A stretch of DNA of 55,915 bases from Bacteroidia bacterium (GTDB taxonomy: Bacteria; Bacteroidota; Bacteroidia; NS11-12g; UBA9320), in NCBI GenBank assembly GCA_016779945.1, contig JADHMR010000005.1, forward strand, positions 1 through 55,915, read 5' to 3'. A model generated the notes under the pieces. That model ran no database searches and had not been told where the DNA came from. It saw nothing but the letters and a program-made list of their open reading frames with translations. The position numbers and the translations under genes are program-made. The stretch's first letter is position 1, and each line of letters starts with the position of its first letter. This document shows positions 40,381 to 51,046 of the stretch, piece by piece.

Positions 40381-41724
40381 TTAAAAAAGTGTTAAAACAA
40401 GTAAGAATATTAATATGCCCATCAGCATTAACATCAACGTGTATGGAAGGATATCCTTTGCTTTTAGCCCAGTGATACTTAATAAGGGTAGTGCCCAAAA
40501 TGGTTGAAGCATATTTGTGATTTGATCTCCATAGGCTAGAGCTAGTATTATTTTGGGTAATGATATACCTAATTCTAATGCTGCTTTTAAAATAATTGGT
40601 CCTTGTAATGCCCATTGACCTCCGCCACTTGGAACGAATATATTTACCAAACCAGCACTAAAAAAAGTATAAATAGGTAATGTTTTTTTTGAAGCTACAT
40701 CAATGAAAAAATCCGAGATATTTTCAATTAATCCACTACTCTGCATCAGTGCTAAAATTCCAAAATATAATGGGAATTGAATAAGTATTCCAGACGCACC
40801 TTGAATGGCCTTATCAACAGCACTCAAAAAAGAGCGAATATTCGCATGTAATAAAATATTTAACCCTAAAAGACTGAAATTGATATAATTAGGGTTGATA
40901 AACCCAGATTTATTTTGAGCAGAAATTGCAATATAGAATGCAATTAAAGTAAGAATTACACCAATTATTTTACTTATCCATCTAGAATTATCAATGTGCT
41001 CTGCACCAATGATTTTAGATTGTTTTTCTGGTGTTTGCTCATGTTTTATAACGTTTGGAATTTCTTTAGTTGTATTTTTACTTATGAGAGAACTTAGTAT
41101 AGGTACAACTATAATTAATAAAATAACTGCCGTTAAATTCATTGGGCTAAATACAGTATCACTGAATGAGATTAATTCTGGCATTAATTGGTTTTTGGTG
41201 ATATCTCTAATGTGACCAACTTCTGCTACTTTTGTTAATGCACTACCAGATATTCCTCCGTGCCAAACCATAAGTCCTACGTAACCAGAAGCACCTATCA
41301 AAGGGTAGTTTAGTTTGATTTTACGATTAGTGAAATTTTCCCCTACTTTTCTAGCGATTATCGCACCAAATATTAGCCCAAGTCCCCAATTGAATAGAGC
41401 AACTAAAATGGTAGTGAGTGTTACTGCAAATGCAGCTTGTGTCCCAGTTTGAAGTCGTTTAATAATTTGATTGATAAGTGAATTAAAAAAAGTGGTGAGT
41501 GCTAGTGAATGACCAAGGACCAACATCAGCATCATTTGCAACGCAAATGCCAACAAATTAGAATTCCATAGTCCCTTTTGCCAATCTAGGACTAAATTAA
41601 CTAATGGCTTATCTGAATTAATCAAAGCCATAAAAAATACGACAATGGTTATTAGTAATGCAATGCTAAAAGGCGTTGGCAGTATTCTTCTAAACCAGTT
41701 AGTGTAATGCTTTACAAATTTCAT
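40381..41724 (-). CDS. atoE: Short-chain fatty acid transporter (AtoE family)
   Basis: LPTPF, FALQM, WHGGISGSA, QFPLYFGI, FVPSGGGQW, GDQITNMLQPFWALP. Confidence 0.85.
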   Translation of the reverse strand: MKFVKHYTNWFRRILPTPFSIALLITIVVFFMALINSDKPLVNLVLDWQKGLWNSNLLAFALQMMLMLVLGHSLALTTFFNSLINQIIKRLQTGTQAAFAVTLTTILVALFNWGLGLIFGAIIARKVGENFTNRKIKLNYPLIGASGYVGLMVWHGGISGSALTKVAEVGHIRDITKNQLMPELISFSDTVFSPMNLTAVILLIIVVPILSSLISKNTTKEIPNVIKHEQTPEKQSKIIGAEHIDNSRWISKIIGVILTLIAFYIAISAQNKSGFINPNYINFSLLGLNILLHANIRSFLSAVDKAIQGASGILIQFPLYFGILALMQSSGLIENISDFFIDVASKKTLPIYTFFSAGLVNIFVPSGGGQWALQGPIILKAALELGISLPKIILALAYGDQITNMLQPFWALPLLSITGLKAKDILPYTLMLMLMGILIFLLVLTLF

Positions 41725-42161
41725 AGAAGTGAAACAATCTGCTCAAGATAAGATTGATCCTCAGAATCAAACATTTTATAATGGGTACTGTCAATATCTA
41801 AAACTGCAAAAACTTGATTTCCTCTGATGCATGGAATAACAATTTCGGAGTTTGATTGTGGACTGCAAGCGATATGTCCCTCAAATTGATGAACATCGTC
41901 AACGATGTATGTTTTTTTATGTAACCAAGACTTACCACAAACTCCTTTGCCCAAAGCAATTGATGTACAGGCAATGGGTCCATTGAAAGGACCCAACTGT
42001 AATTTGTCATCAATAACTCTATAAAATCCTATCCAATGGTGGGAGAAATGATCGTATAATAAACGAGATAAATTAGCCATGTTTGCAATGTCATCCACAT
42101 TTTTATCTATCAGAGATTCTGCTTCTTTAATTATGATCGAATACTTCTGAGCTTTTTTCAT
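41721..42161 (-). CDS. msrC: GAF-domain free methionine-(R)-sulfoxide reductase
   Basis: ANMAN, WIGFY, LGPFNGPIAC, GKGVCG, GHIAC, SEIVIP, VLDIDS. Confidence 0.85.
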   Translation of the reverse strand: MKKAQKYSIIIKEAESLIDKNVDDIANMANLSRLLYDHFSHHWIGFYRVIDDKLQLGPFNGPIACTSIALGKGVCGKSWLHKKTYIVDDVHQFEGHIACSPQSNSEIVIPCIRGNQVFAVLDIDSTHYKMFDSEDQSYLEQIVSLL

Positions 42162-42339
42162 ACTTTACGAAATTATGACATATTGGATGATAGATACTGT
42201 CTAATATGAAATTAATTTTGACTTAAATGTTAAATAAACATCTAAAAATAATTATATTTTTTTTATCAATCAATGTTGCATTTTTATATGCGATGCTGCT
42301 ATGGCTAGTATAATTTAATGACTATTTTCTATCTAATAT

Positions 42340-43548
42340 CTAGGAAGAAGAATCATTAAGAATCGTATTAATAGAATACAAACTTATTCCTAACGAGCAA
42401 AAGGTTATTATACCTATTGCCTCTGTAAAATCTGACAACTGATGACCTAAAAAAAGTTCCGAAGTGAGCGTGATTAATATTATTGGATAGTAAAACCAAG
42501 ATTTAATAGTTCCTTTTTGTTGGTTATAAATTAATATGATAACAAGGGGTGTCAAAAAAACGAAATAATATTTCCATGCTAATGGAGATATTATTGGAAT
42601 TAGAGAAAGAGTAATAATAAATTGTTTAGCAAAACTATTTATGTTGTCTTTAGTAAGGTAAAACTTTGAAGCTATGTAAATACCCAAAATTCCAATTAAA
42701 ATAATTGTAACTGCTTTGTATTGCAGGTTTGATAAATTTAAAACGTTATAGCTGAAGGTATCTATTCGAGTATGTTGGGTTGTTAATCCGCACATCCAAC
42801 CCCATATAGATTGATTCATGTGTTCACATTTTAACCCATTAACAACTTGTGCATTGTTCCATTCTTTGAATAGTTCAATACCCAAATCAGATCCAAAATA
42901 CATGAATACAATCATCGTTGTCAGTGCTAGCCCTAACAATGTATACGACACAGATTTAAATTCTTTTTTGAATACCAAAAAACCAAGAATTAAAATGGGA
43001 TAAACTTTAATACTAATTATGAATGCCAAGACTATTCCGGCCCACAAGTTTTTTTTTTGAATAATTAATTGAAGTACGAATATGCTCAATCCCAAAATGA
43101 ATAGATTAATTTGGAGGTTACTTATTTCCTCTAGGAATATTCTTAGCGTACATACAAACGGTAAAATAAATAATGGATTGAGAAGATTTATTTGCTCATT
43201 TTTTTCTTGTTTTATGTTTAAGACGAGTTGGTATGGAGTGAAATAGGAGATAGTCCATTTAAAAATAATAAGATTAACTACAATAATTCCTATTAACCAA
43301 ACCAATCTTAGGCCAGTAAAACTTAATTCGTTCAACCAATAAAGTGGAATACAAATAATTGAAAAGAATGGAGGCCATGTATTTCTGTAATCTGAATATA
43401 TAGGTAAATTATTCCATGCCAACTTTCCAGCAGAAATATATCCGCCAAAATCACCTTCACGAAAAATATCTCTTAAAACCTCGCCAAAAACTACAATTGA
43501 ACATAAATAGAATAGGATTTTAAAAATATTTTTTTTATACCCGAACAT
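42340..43548 (-). CDS. GT87/DUF2029 membrane glycosyltransferase (GT-C)
   Basis: GDFGGY, WPPFF, LQINL, IKVYP, NQS, SPLAWKYY and many TM helices. Start is uncertain (43548 or 43569). Confidence 0.7.
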   Translation of the reverse strand: MFGYKKNIFKILFYLCSIVVFGEVLRDIFREGDFGGYISAGKLAWNNLPIYSDYRNTWPPFFSIICIPLYWLNELSFTGLRLVWLIGIIVVNLIIFKWTISYFTPYQLVLNIKQEKNEQINLLNPLFILPFVCTLRIFLEEISNLQINLFILGLSIFVLQLIIQKKNLWAGIVLAFIISIKVYPILILGFLVFKKEFKSVSYTLLGLALTTMIVFMYFGSDLGIELFKEWNNAQVVNGLKCEHMNQSIWGWMCGLTTQHTRIDTFSYNVLNLSNLQYKAVTIILIGILGIYIASKFYLTKDNINSFAKQFIITLSLIPIISPLAWKYYFVFLTPLVIILIYNQQKGTIKSWFYYPIILITLTSELFLGHQLSDFTEAIGIITFCSLGISLYSINTILNDSSS

Positions 43549-43631
43549 ATTTGTGAAGTAGAATTTCAAGTGTTAAAAATAAGATATTTTACAAAACTAG
43601 CTGTCCAGAAACACAAAGAGATCAGCCAATA

Positions 43632-44285
43632 TTAATCGAATAGTTGCTTAAATCTATTCAAATCAGCAAAAGACCAGTTTTTAATTTGCAATTGAGCACC
43701 TTTCAATCCTTTATCTTCTCCAAATGCAATACTCTTCATTCCTGCTTTTTTGGCAGCGAGAAGACCAGCTTGAGAGTCTTCGATAACGAGGCACTCTGAT
43801 GGTTTGCAGTTTAATTTTTCAGCAGCTAGTAAAAATATGTCCGGTTCTGGTTTAGAATGTGGTGTCATTCCGCCGTCTACTATTGCTTGGAAGTCTAATA
43901 CTAAATCTAATTTATCAATTATTCGAATGGCATTTCGACTACTTGATCCGATGGCAACTTTGATGTCTTCTGATTTAGCTTGTGAATTAAATGATTTAAA
44001 GTTTGGAAAAATTTCATTAGGGGTCATGGTGTCGATGTATTTTAGATACATCTTATTTTTAGTTTGAAGTAGATTTTGTTTTTCTGCCTCTGAAATACGA
44101 GCACCACTCCATTTTAAAAGTTTGTCCAACGATTCTTTTCGTCCAACCCCTTTTAGTTTTTGATTTTGTTTTTCAGTTAAAACAAAATCGAGTTGCTTAG
44201 CAACCCATTTCCAACTTTCATAATGATATTTAGCAGTGTCTGTTATGACTCCATCAAGATCATAAATTATACCTTTTAAACTCAT
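43632..44285 (-). CDS. pgmB: Beta-phosphoglucomutase (HAD)
   Basis: DLDGVITDTA, LKGVGRKESL, SSSRNA, KPEPDIF, IEDSQAG. Confidence 0.85.
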   Translation of the reverse strand: MSLKGIIYDLDGVITDTAKYHYESWKWVAKQLDFVLTEKQNQKLKGVGRKESLDKLLKWSGARISEAEKQNLLQTKNKMYLKYIDTMTPNEIFPNFKSFNSQAKSEDIKVAIGSSSRNAIRIIDKLDLVLDFQAIVDGGMTPHSKPEPDIFLLAAEKLNCKPSECLVIEDSQAGLLAAKKAGMKSIAFGEDKGLKGAQLQIKNWSFADLNRFKQLFD

Positions 44286-45142
44286 ATTGTTTGTTCTTGA
44301 TTGTTTAAATGATATTCGACTAATTGAAAAATTGGTTTCTTTTCTATTTTACCAATCGTAAAACGATGATTTGTTGCTACTTCTTCGAGTACGTCTCTAA
44401 AATAATATGCAATCGAGCCAACAAAGTTTATAGGTACTTCTCTAAAGTTATCGTAGCACCAAACATGAATATTGATAAACTTAGCAAGTCCTTGATAAAC
44501 CATGTCTTTCATATAAGGATGATCTTTATGATCGCTAACAAATGGCATGAAACTGGCTAGGTAAACATTGGGATGTTTTTTACGATGGATAGCATCAAAA
44601 ATCCCTTCTTTAGTTAATTCATATTTATCTTGAAACTCTGAATATAATTCTGAGGGCATTCGATGGTACAACCAATCAGCTAGAAGAATTTTTCCAAAAT
44701 AAGAACCACTGCCCTCATCTCCGAGGATATATCCTAATGCAGGTACATGTTCATTAATATTTTTACCATCAAAAAAACATGAATTTGATCCAGTACCAAG
44801 AATACAAGAAATTCCAGGTGTGTATGGTGTAGTAGCAAGTACCGCACCCGTTAAATCGTGGTCAACATCTATTTTTACTGCGGAGGTAAAAAACTGAGAT
44901 AATGCTCTTTCTAAAATAATTTTTCGGTCCGCACTTGAACACCCTGCTCCGTAGAAATAAATTTCTTTAACTTCTGATTTGTAATTCTGAAAAATTTCAT
45001 TTTCTTGTATTTTTTCGAGAATAAATTCAGTACTATGAAAGAATGGGTTGAACCCCATTGTATTTGTTCTATGATGTGTGTTGGATTGATCAATTAAGAT
45101 CCAATCACACTTTGTTGAACCGCTATCAGCAACTAGTATCAT
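44282..45142 (-). CDS. BadF-type sugar kinase (N-acetylglucosamine kinase-like)
   Basis: ADSGSTKCDW, FYGAGC, ILGTGSNS, LGYILGDEGSG, FVGSIA. Confidence 0.85.
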   Translation of the reverse strand: MILVADSGSTKCDWILIDQSNTHHRTNTMGFNPFFHSTEFILEKIQENEIFQNYKSEVKEIYFYGAGCSSADRKIILERALSQFFTSAVKIDVDHDLTGAVLATTPYTPGISCILGTGSNSCFFDGKNINEHVPALGYILGDEGSGSYFGKILLADWLYHRMPSELYSEFQDKYELTKEGIFDAIHRKKHPNVYLASFMPFVSDHKDHPYMKDMVYQGLAKFINIHVWCYDNFREVPINFVGSIAYYFRDVLEEVATNHRFTIGKIEKKPIFQLVEYHLNNQEQTI

Positions 45143-45257
45143 TTGGTTTAATCTAGTTAACAAAGTTAATGTAAATATTACACATTGAGAAGTGTAATTG
45201 AATTTACAAGGCTTAAATTAAGCGTTTTTTAGTAGATTTTTAAGCTAATTATATTTA

Positions 45258-45758
45258 CTAGGGCTTTGGCTCACTGCAAGGGTCGCATTCTAAGTGAATT
45301 TCTAATGAAACATCTGTGGTTTCTTGATTTATATTTATTGTAGCTATAGGTTGAAAAGCTTTATGGATTTCACATTGGTAATCCATCATTTCATCTAAAT
45401 TATTAGATATATTTGACATGTTTGACGAATCTTGTTGATTATTTTCTGGTATGCTAACCTCAATGGCTGGATACCTGTAAACTGAGTATTTTCCATTTAC
45501 TAGACCTGAAATTGAGGCTTTTCCATTTTTGAATTTTTGTGTAATCCCTACATCCTCACGATCTTTATTTTTATGAATATAGAGGATACCATTGAATGGA
45601 CTGGGTGTAGCCAATTTTTTAAGTATTTCATTATTAGGATTTGCACCTTCACAATAATCTGACGTGCTCTGTATATTGAATTCTATTACTCTGTCGTACT
45701 GTCTGACTCCGCAAGATACAATTACAATAGCTGTTGTAATTACCATAAATAATTTCAT
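45258..45758 (-). CDS. Hypothetical Cys-containing lipoprotein
   Basis: Lipobox IVSC, YCEGANP, C-terminal CDPC. Confidence 0.65.
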   Translation of the reverse strand: MKLFMVITTAIVIVSCGVRQYDRVIEFNIQSTSDYCEGANPNNEILKKLATPSPFNGILYIHKNKDREDVGITQKFKNGKASISGLVNGKYSVYRYPAIEVSIPENNQQDSSNMSNISNNLDEMMDYQCEIHKAFQPIATININQETTDVSLEIHLECDPCSEPKP

Positions 45759-45816
45759 TACACAAATTTAATCGAATAGGTTTGATGTTACTAATTTAAA
45801 AATTAAGTAATTTAAC

Positions 45817-46905
45817 TTAGACTTTATCAAAGCTTGACACAACAGATTTTGCAACAGTAGTTGAGGGTATTGATGTACCTAATTTTTTTCGAAGCTCCTG
45901 ATAATCTTGGCTAATTTCATCTTGAGTGTTCTTATCTTCAATTAATTTTTCGATTTCTGATTTGAGTTTTTTAGGATTAAACTCATCTTGAATTAGTTCA
46001 ATGATGCTTTTTTTGTCCAAAATCAAGTTTACTAGCGAAATATATTTTACCTTAATTACTGATCTTCCGATCCAATAACTTATTCGATTAGTGGTATAAC
46101 AGACAATTTGTGGAACACCCATTAGTGCTGTTTCAAGTGTTGCTGTTCCGGAGGTCACTAACGCAAACTTACTTTTACTTAATAAAGCATACATATCGTT
46201 GGGCACAAGTTTAAGTCTGGGGTTAAATTGATGGTAAAATTCGTCATCAAATCCGGGTGCTTGAGCTACTAATATTGGAAGATTTTGGTCTTTTACAGCT
46301 TCAAGCATTATGGGGAGTGCGGTTTTTATTTCTTGTTTTCTGCTTCCAGGCAATAATGCAATTGATTTCTTTTCTTGGGGTGTTGGATTAGATGCTAGGT
46401 AGTTGTCTACGGTCTCTTTACTTGGATTACCTACATAGTTACTTTCTACACCATGAGATTCAAAAAAAGCTTTTTCAAAGGGAAGTATGGAGTATAAGTA
46501 ATCGATATTTTGTTTTATTAAATTGACACGTTTTTCTCGCCAAGCCCAGACTTTTGGTGAAATGTAGTAATGTACTGGTATTCCTTCAGATTTACAAAAT
46601 TTCGCGATTTTAAAGTTAAATCCTGGATAGTCCACGAGAATGATAGCGTCGGGTTTCCAATCCATAATATCGTTCTTGATTTTTTTTAGATTTCGAGCTA
46701 TTTTGAATAAACTGGTCAGAATTTCGACAAATCCCATGATAGCCATTTCCTTTTGGTGTATTAGGAGAGTTTGTCCAGCCATCTGACTTTTATCTCCACC
46801 CATACCTCTGAAATGGGAATTTTTGTCAAGTTTAGAAATTTCTGAAATTACACGAGATGCGTGGTTATCTCCAGAAGTTTCTCCCGAAATAATATAATAA
46901 TTCAT
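45817..46905 (-). CDS. lpxB: Lipid-A-disaccharide synthase
   Basis: GETSGD, VDYPGFN, SPKVWAWR, LLPGSRKQE, SGTATLE. Confidence 0.95.
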   Translation of the reverse strand: MNYYIISGETSGDNHASRVISEISKLDKNSHFRGMGGDKSQMAGQTLLIHQKEMAIMGFVEILTSLFKIARNLKKIKNDIMDWKPDAIILVDYPGFNFKIAKFCKSEGIPVHYYISPKVWAWREKRVNLIKQNIDYLYSILPFEKAFFESHGVESNYVGNPSKETVDNYLASNPTPQEKKSIALLPGSRKQEIKTALPIMLEAVKDQNLPILVAQAPGFDDEFYHQFNPRLKLVPNDMYALLSKSKFALVTSGTATLETALMGVPQIVCYTTNRISYWIGRSVIKVKYISLVNLILDKKSIIELIQDEFNPKKLKSEIEKLIEDKNTQDEISQDYQELRKKLGTSIPSTTVAKSVVSSFDKV

Positions 46906-46909
46906 AGGG

Positions 46910-47194
46910 TTACATTAGTGTAAAATAGACAATTACTAATCCATATAATAAGGTAGCAAATACGACACCTCTACCCGATTTTAATCTGTTTTTGTTTACG
47001 AATCCAAAAAAAGGTATCAAGTTAAATAGTGTTGCAATTTTTAACCAAGGACTAAGTGTACCAGTTAAAAATCCTGTTTTTAGAAATAGCAAATAGGAGA
47101 GGTGCGAAAAATGGTATAGTTTCACTAACCAAAGAATAACAATTGGTATGATTATTCCTATGATTATTCCTAATATGATTTGGTTTTTATTCAT
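46910..47194 (-). CDS. Small hypothetical membrane protein
   Basis: About three hydrophobic segments. ATG 47194 overlaps the surE stop. Confidence 0.65.
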   Translation of the reverse strand: MNKNQIILGIIIGIIIPIVILWLVKLYHFSHLSYLLFLKTGFLTGTLSPWLKIATLFNLIPFFGFVNKNRLKSGRGVVFATLLYGLVIVYFTLM

Positions 47195-47970
47195 GAAAAA
47201 TCCCAAGAATTGAGGGGTTGAATAGCATGATGGGCTGTAAGATCAAACTGAACAGGTACCAGTGACACATAATTATTAGCTAAAGCCCATTCGTCGGTGT
47301 CTTCACCTTTGTCCATATTGGTAAACTTCCCTGTCAACCAATAGTAGTCTCGGCCATGTGGATCTTGTCTGTGATCAAATTCTTCAACCCATTTAGCTCG
47401 GGCTTGTCTGCATACTTTAACTCCATTTATCTGCTCTTGAGATACATTGGGGATATTGACACTTAAAAGCGTATTTTTTGGCATTCCGTGATGGAATACG
47501 TTTCGAATAATCATTTCCATGTATACTTTAGCTGCACTAAAATCTGCATCCCAACTGAAGTCAAGCAAAGAAAATCCTAATGAGGGTATTCCCTCAATTG
47601 CCCCTTCCATTGCGGCACTCATTGTACCGCTGTAGATTACATTTATCGATGAATTAGATCCGTGATTAATACCACTAACGAGTAGGTCAGGTTTTCGATG
47701 AAGTACTTTATCCACCGCAAGCTTTACACAATCAGCAGGTGTTCCACTACATTGATAACTTTCAATTTCATTCCCAAATTGATTATTCTTGATCATTCGT
47801 AGTGGCTTATTAATAGTGATGGCATGTCCCATTCCACTTTGTGGACTATCGGGAGCTACCACAACCACTTGTCCAAACGCGGACATAACTTCAACCGTAG
47901 CCTTTATTCCTGGAGCGGTTATGCCGTCATCATTGCAAACGAGTATAAGTGGTTTATTTTGATCCTTCAT
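47191..47970 (-). CDS. surE: 5'/3'-nucleotidase SurE
   Basis: NDDGI.APG, QSGMGHAIT, GTPADCV, SGINHG, YSGT. Confidence 0.95.
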   Translation of the reverse strand: MKDQNKPLILVCNDDGITAPGIKATVEVMSAFGQVVVVAPDSPQSGMGHAITINKPLRMIKNNQFGNEIESYQCSGTPADCVKLAVDKVLHRKPDLLVSGINHGSNSSINVIYSGTMSAAMEGAIEGIPSLGFSLLDFSWDADFSAAKVYMEMIIRNVFHHGMPKNTLLSVNIPNVSQEQINGVKVCRQARAKWVEEFDHRQDPHGRDYYWLTGKFTNMDKGEDTDEWALANNYVSLVPVQFDLTAHHAIQPLNSWDFS

Positions 47971-48071
47971 TCATGCGAAAGTATAGAAATTTGATTTTAT
48001 ACTAACTAAATCAGATTGACAATAATTTTATCTAAAATTATGATAATATTCACGTAATTTTGAACCGATAT

Positions 48072-49718
48072 ATGTTATTGAATCTAAACGTCAAAAATTT
48101 CGCACTAATATCTGATGTTAAAATTGATTTTGGTGAAGGAATGAATATTATCACTGGAGAAACTGGAGCAGGTAAATCAATATTAATTGGTGCACTGGGT
48201 CTTGTCTTAGGTAAAAGAGCAGATACCAATTCTCTTCGTAATAATCAAAAAAAGTGTATAATAGAAGCCGAGTTTGATATCAAGAACTATCATTTAAATT
48301 CATTTTTTGAGGCTCACGATTTGGATTATGAAAATCAAACAATGTTTAGAAGAGAGATTAATCCTGCGGGGAAAAGTAGGTCATTTATTAATGATACTCC
48401 CGTAACCTTAAAAATACTACAAGAACTAGGATCTAAGCTAATTGAGATTCATTCACAAAGTGACAACGCTCTTCTTTTTACGACCGATTTTCAGTATAAA
48501 AGTTTAGATTTATTGTCTGGAAGTCATAATAAGCTCAAAGAATATGTCGCAAAGTATCATGCATTTATTCGCAAAAAAGATTTTCTCAACCAACTTAAAA
48601 TAGAGGAGGAGGAGTACAAACGAGAACATGATTATAATCAGTTTTTATTCGATGAATTAAGTCAAGCTAATCTTGAAAATATCGATGAGATTTCGATTAC
48701 TAAAGAATTGGAATTATTGGAAAACGCTGAGCAGTTGATTCAAACATACAAAGAGGCGGACCAATTGATACAATCGAGTGATCATTCTATTGTAAACCAA
48801 TTGTATGAATTGATTAAATTACTTAATGGAAATAAGCTCACTATTTTGAATGATCTACAAGAAAGAATTGATTCAGTTCTGATAGAGCTTCAAGATATTG
48901 GTAATGAGATAAATAATAATGCACTAAGTACGGAGATAAATCCGCAAAGATTAGAGGAATTGAATAACCAAAATAATCAATTATTTAACCTCAAAAATAA
49001 GCATCGTAAATCCTCTCTTGAAGAGTTAAAAGATTTATTAATATCATTAGAAGATAAATTGGTTTTGTCAAGTAAGTTGGAAAATCAAATTGTCGAGCTT
49101 GAATTAGAATTGAAGAATGATGAAAATGAGCTTAGAAAATTAGCCAACACTTTAAGTGAAATTAGAATAAAAAATTGTTCAAAAGTAGAACTATCCGTAA
49201 ATGAACTCCTCGCTCAAATGGGAATGGAACATTCTTTGATTAAATATCAAATTATTAATCAAGATGAACTCAATAGCTATGGTTGTAACCAACTAAACGT
49301 ATTGTTATCTTCAAATAATGGGGAATCATTTAATGAGCTGAAGAAATCGACATCTGGAGGAGAACTGGCAAGAATTAACCTTACATTTAAATATATTTTA
49401 TCAAAATACATGCAGATGCCAACTAGTATTTTTGATGAGATTGATACGGGGGTTAGTGGAGAGATAGCCCGTAAAGTAGGATCTGTCATGAAAAATATGG
49501 CTAATAATCAGCAGTTGATTGTAATTACGCATCTGCCTCAAATAGCTTCCATGGGAAATTATCACAAGCACGTACACAAAACAGATAAAAATAATTTGAT
49601 TGAAACGCAAGTGCGTGATTTAGATGGAAATGAGCGTATTCACGAAATTGCTAAGATGATTAGTGGTGATAATCTAACCAAGCATGCTATCGAGCAGAGT
49701 AAGATGCTTTTGAACTAA
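48072..49718 (+). CDS. recN: DNA repair protein RecN
   Basis: TGETGAGKS, coiled coil, SGGELAR, FDEIDTGVSG, ITHLPQIA. Confidence 0.95.
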   Translation: MLLNLNVKNFALISDVKIDFGEGMNIITGETGAGKSILIGALGLVLGKRADTNSLRNNQKKCIIEAEFDIKNYHLNSFFEAHDLDYENQTMFRREINPAGKSRSFINDTPVTLKILQELGSKLIEIHSQSDNALLFTTDFQYKSLDLLSGSHNKLKEYVAKYHAFIRKKDFLNQLKIEEEEYKREHDYNQFLFDELSQANLENIDEISITKELELLENAEQLIQTYKEADQLIQSSDHSIVNQLYELIKLLNGNKLTILNDLQERIDSVLIELQDIGNEINNNALSTEINPQRLEELNNQNNQLFNLKNKHRKSSLEELKDLLISLEDKLVLSSKLENQIVELELELKNDENELRKLANTLSEIRIKNCSKVELSVNELLAQMGMEHSLIKYQIINQDELNSYGCNQLNVLLSSNNGESFNELKKSTSGGELARINLTFKYILSKYMQMPTSIFDEIDTGVSGEIARKVGSVMKNMANNQQLIVITHLPQIASMGNYHKHVHKTDKNNLIETQVRDLDGNERIHEIAKMISGDNLTKHAIEQSKMLLN

Positions 49719-50984
49719 CTATAAGTATTTAATAACTCTTTCCATTTTCATGCCTCGACTGCCTTTGATTAAGATTGCTGTATCTTCATAATTCAAGGAT
49801 TTTAGGGTTTCTCCAAGTTTTTCCATCGATGAGAATGTTTCTAAATCGCAGTTTAAGGAAACTTGATTGAAATTTTCACCTAAAAGATAGATCGCTTCAA
49901 ATTCAAATTGTTTCGCCCAAATTAATAAGTCAAGGTGTTCTTTTTTGGCATGATTTCCCATCTCAAACATGTCGCCTAATATTAGAATTTGCTTTTTGTT
50001 GGGCATTTTGCTAAAATTTTCAATAGCAACTTGCATGCTTGATGGATTAGCATTGTATGCATCCAACAAAATATCATTTGAATTTTGGTGTATCCACTGT
50101 GAACGATTATTCTCGGGTATGTATGACTCAATACCAGATTGTATTTCATCAATAGTTAGACCCAATTGTTGTCCAATGGTAATGGCAGCAAGCATGTTGT
50201 CGAGATTATAATCACCCATTAGAGGAGACTTAATCTTTCTATTTTCAACTAAAATCTCAATAGCAGGAACCGTTGATATAATATCTACATTATTCTTAGA
50301 GTAATAATGGATATTTTGGATTGATCTGCTCATTCGTTTTAACCAATCATCATCTTTATTTACCAATGCCACACCATTATTTTTTAAAAGGTAATGATAG
50401 ATCTCACTTTCCTCTTTTGCTACAGCTTCCAGTGTTCCAAAACCTTCTAAATGTTCCTTGCCAATGTTAGTGATTAGTCCGTGAGTGGGAGCGGTTATTT
50501 TACACAATGCTTCGATTTCTCCAGGATGATTTGTTCCAAGTTCGATAATGGCTACTTCACAATCCATTGGAATATTAAGAATAGTAATAGGTACACCAAT
50601 ATGATTGTTAAAATTTCCTTGTGTAGAATGGGCTTTAAATTTTTGTTTTAATACGTTAACAATAAGATTTTTGGTTGTTGTTTTTCCGTTACTACCTCCA
50701 ATAGCAATTATTGGAATATCAAAACATTTTCGGTGAAAGGATGCCAATTCTTGCATAAAAGTTAGCACATCATCGACTAATATTAGCTTGTTATTTTTTT
50801 CTAATTGTTCGTCAACTACAGCATATGATGCTCCTTCTTTTAGTGCATCAATTGCAAACAAATTACCATTAAAATTATCCCCTTTTAAAGCAAAGAAAAT
50901 AGATCCCTTCGCTATAGAGCGACTATCAGTTGTGAATTTATAATCACATTCCGTAAAGAGATTGTAAAATAATTCTAATTGCAC
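49719..50984 (-). CDS. murF: UDP-MurNAc-tripeptide--D-Ala-D-Ala ligase
   Basis: TDSR, GSNGKTTTK, NNHIGVP, DAYNANPSSM, LGDMFEMG, KGSRG. Confidence 0.95.
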   Translation of the reverse strand: MQLELFYNLFTECDYKFTTDSRSIAKGSIFFALKGDNFNGNLFAIDALKEGASYAVVDEQLEKNNKLILVDDVLTFMQELASFHRKCFDIPIIAIGGSNGKTTTKNLIVNVLKQKFKAHSTQGNFNNHIGVPITILNIPMDCEVAIIELGTNHPGEIEALCKITAPTHGLITNIGKEHLEGFGTLEAVAKEESEIYHYLLKNNGVALVNKDDDWLKRMSRSIQNIHYYSKNNVDIISTVPAIEILVENRKIKSPLMGDYNLDNMLAAITIGQQLGLTIDEIQSGIESYIPENNRSQWIHQNSNDILLDAYNANPSSMQVAIENFSKMPNKKQILILGDMFEMGNHAKKEHLDLLIWAKQFEFEAIYLLGENFNQVSLNCDLETFSSMEKLGETLKSLNYEDTAILIKGSRGMKMERVIKYL

Positions 50985-51046
50985 TTTTTAACTTACTTGG
51001 TCTGCAGCAAAAGTGTTAATTTAGTGGACGATAAAAAAGCACTCCA

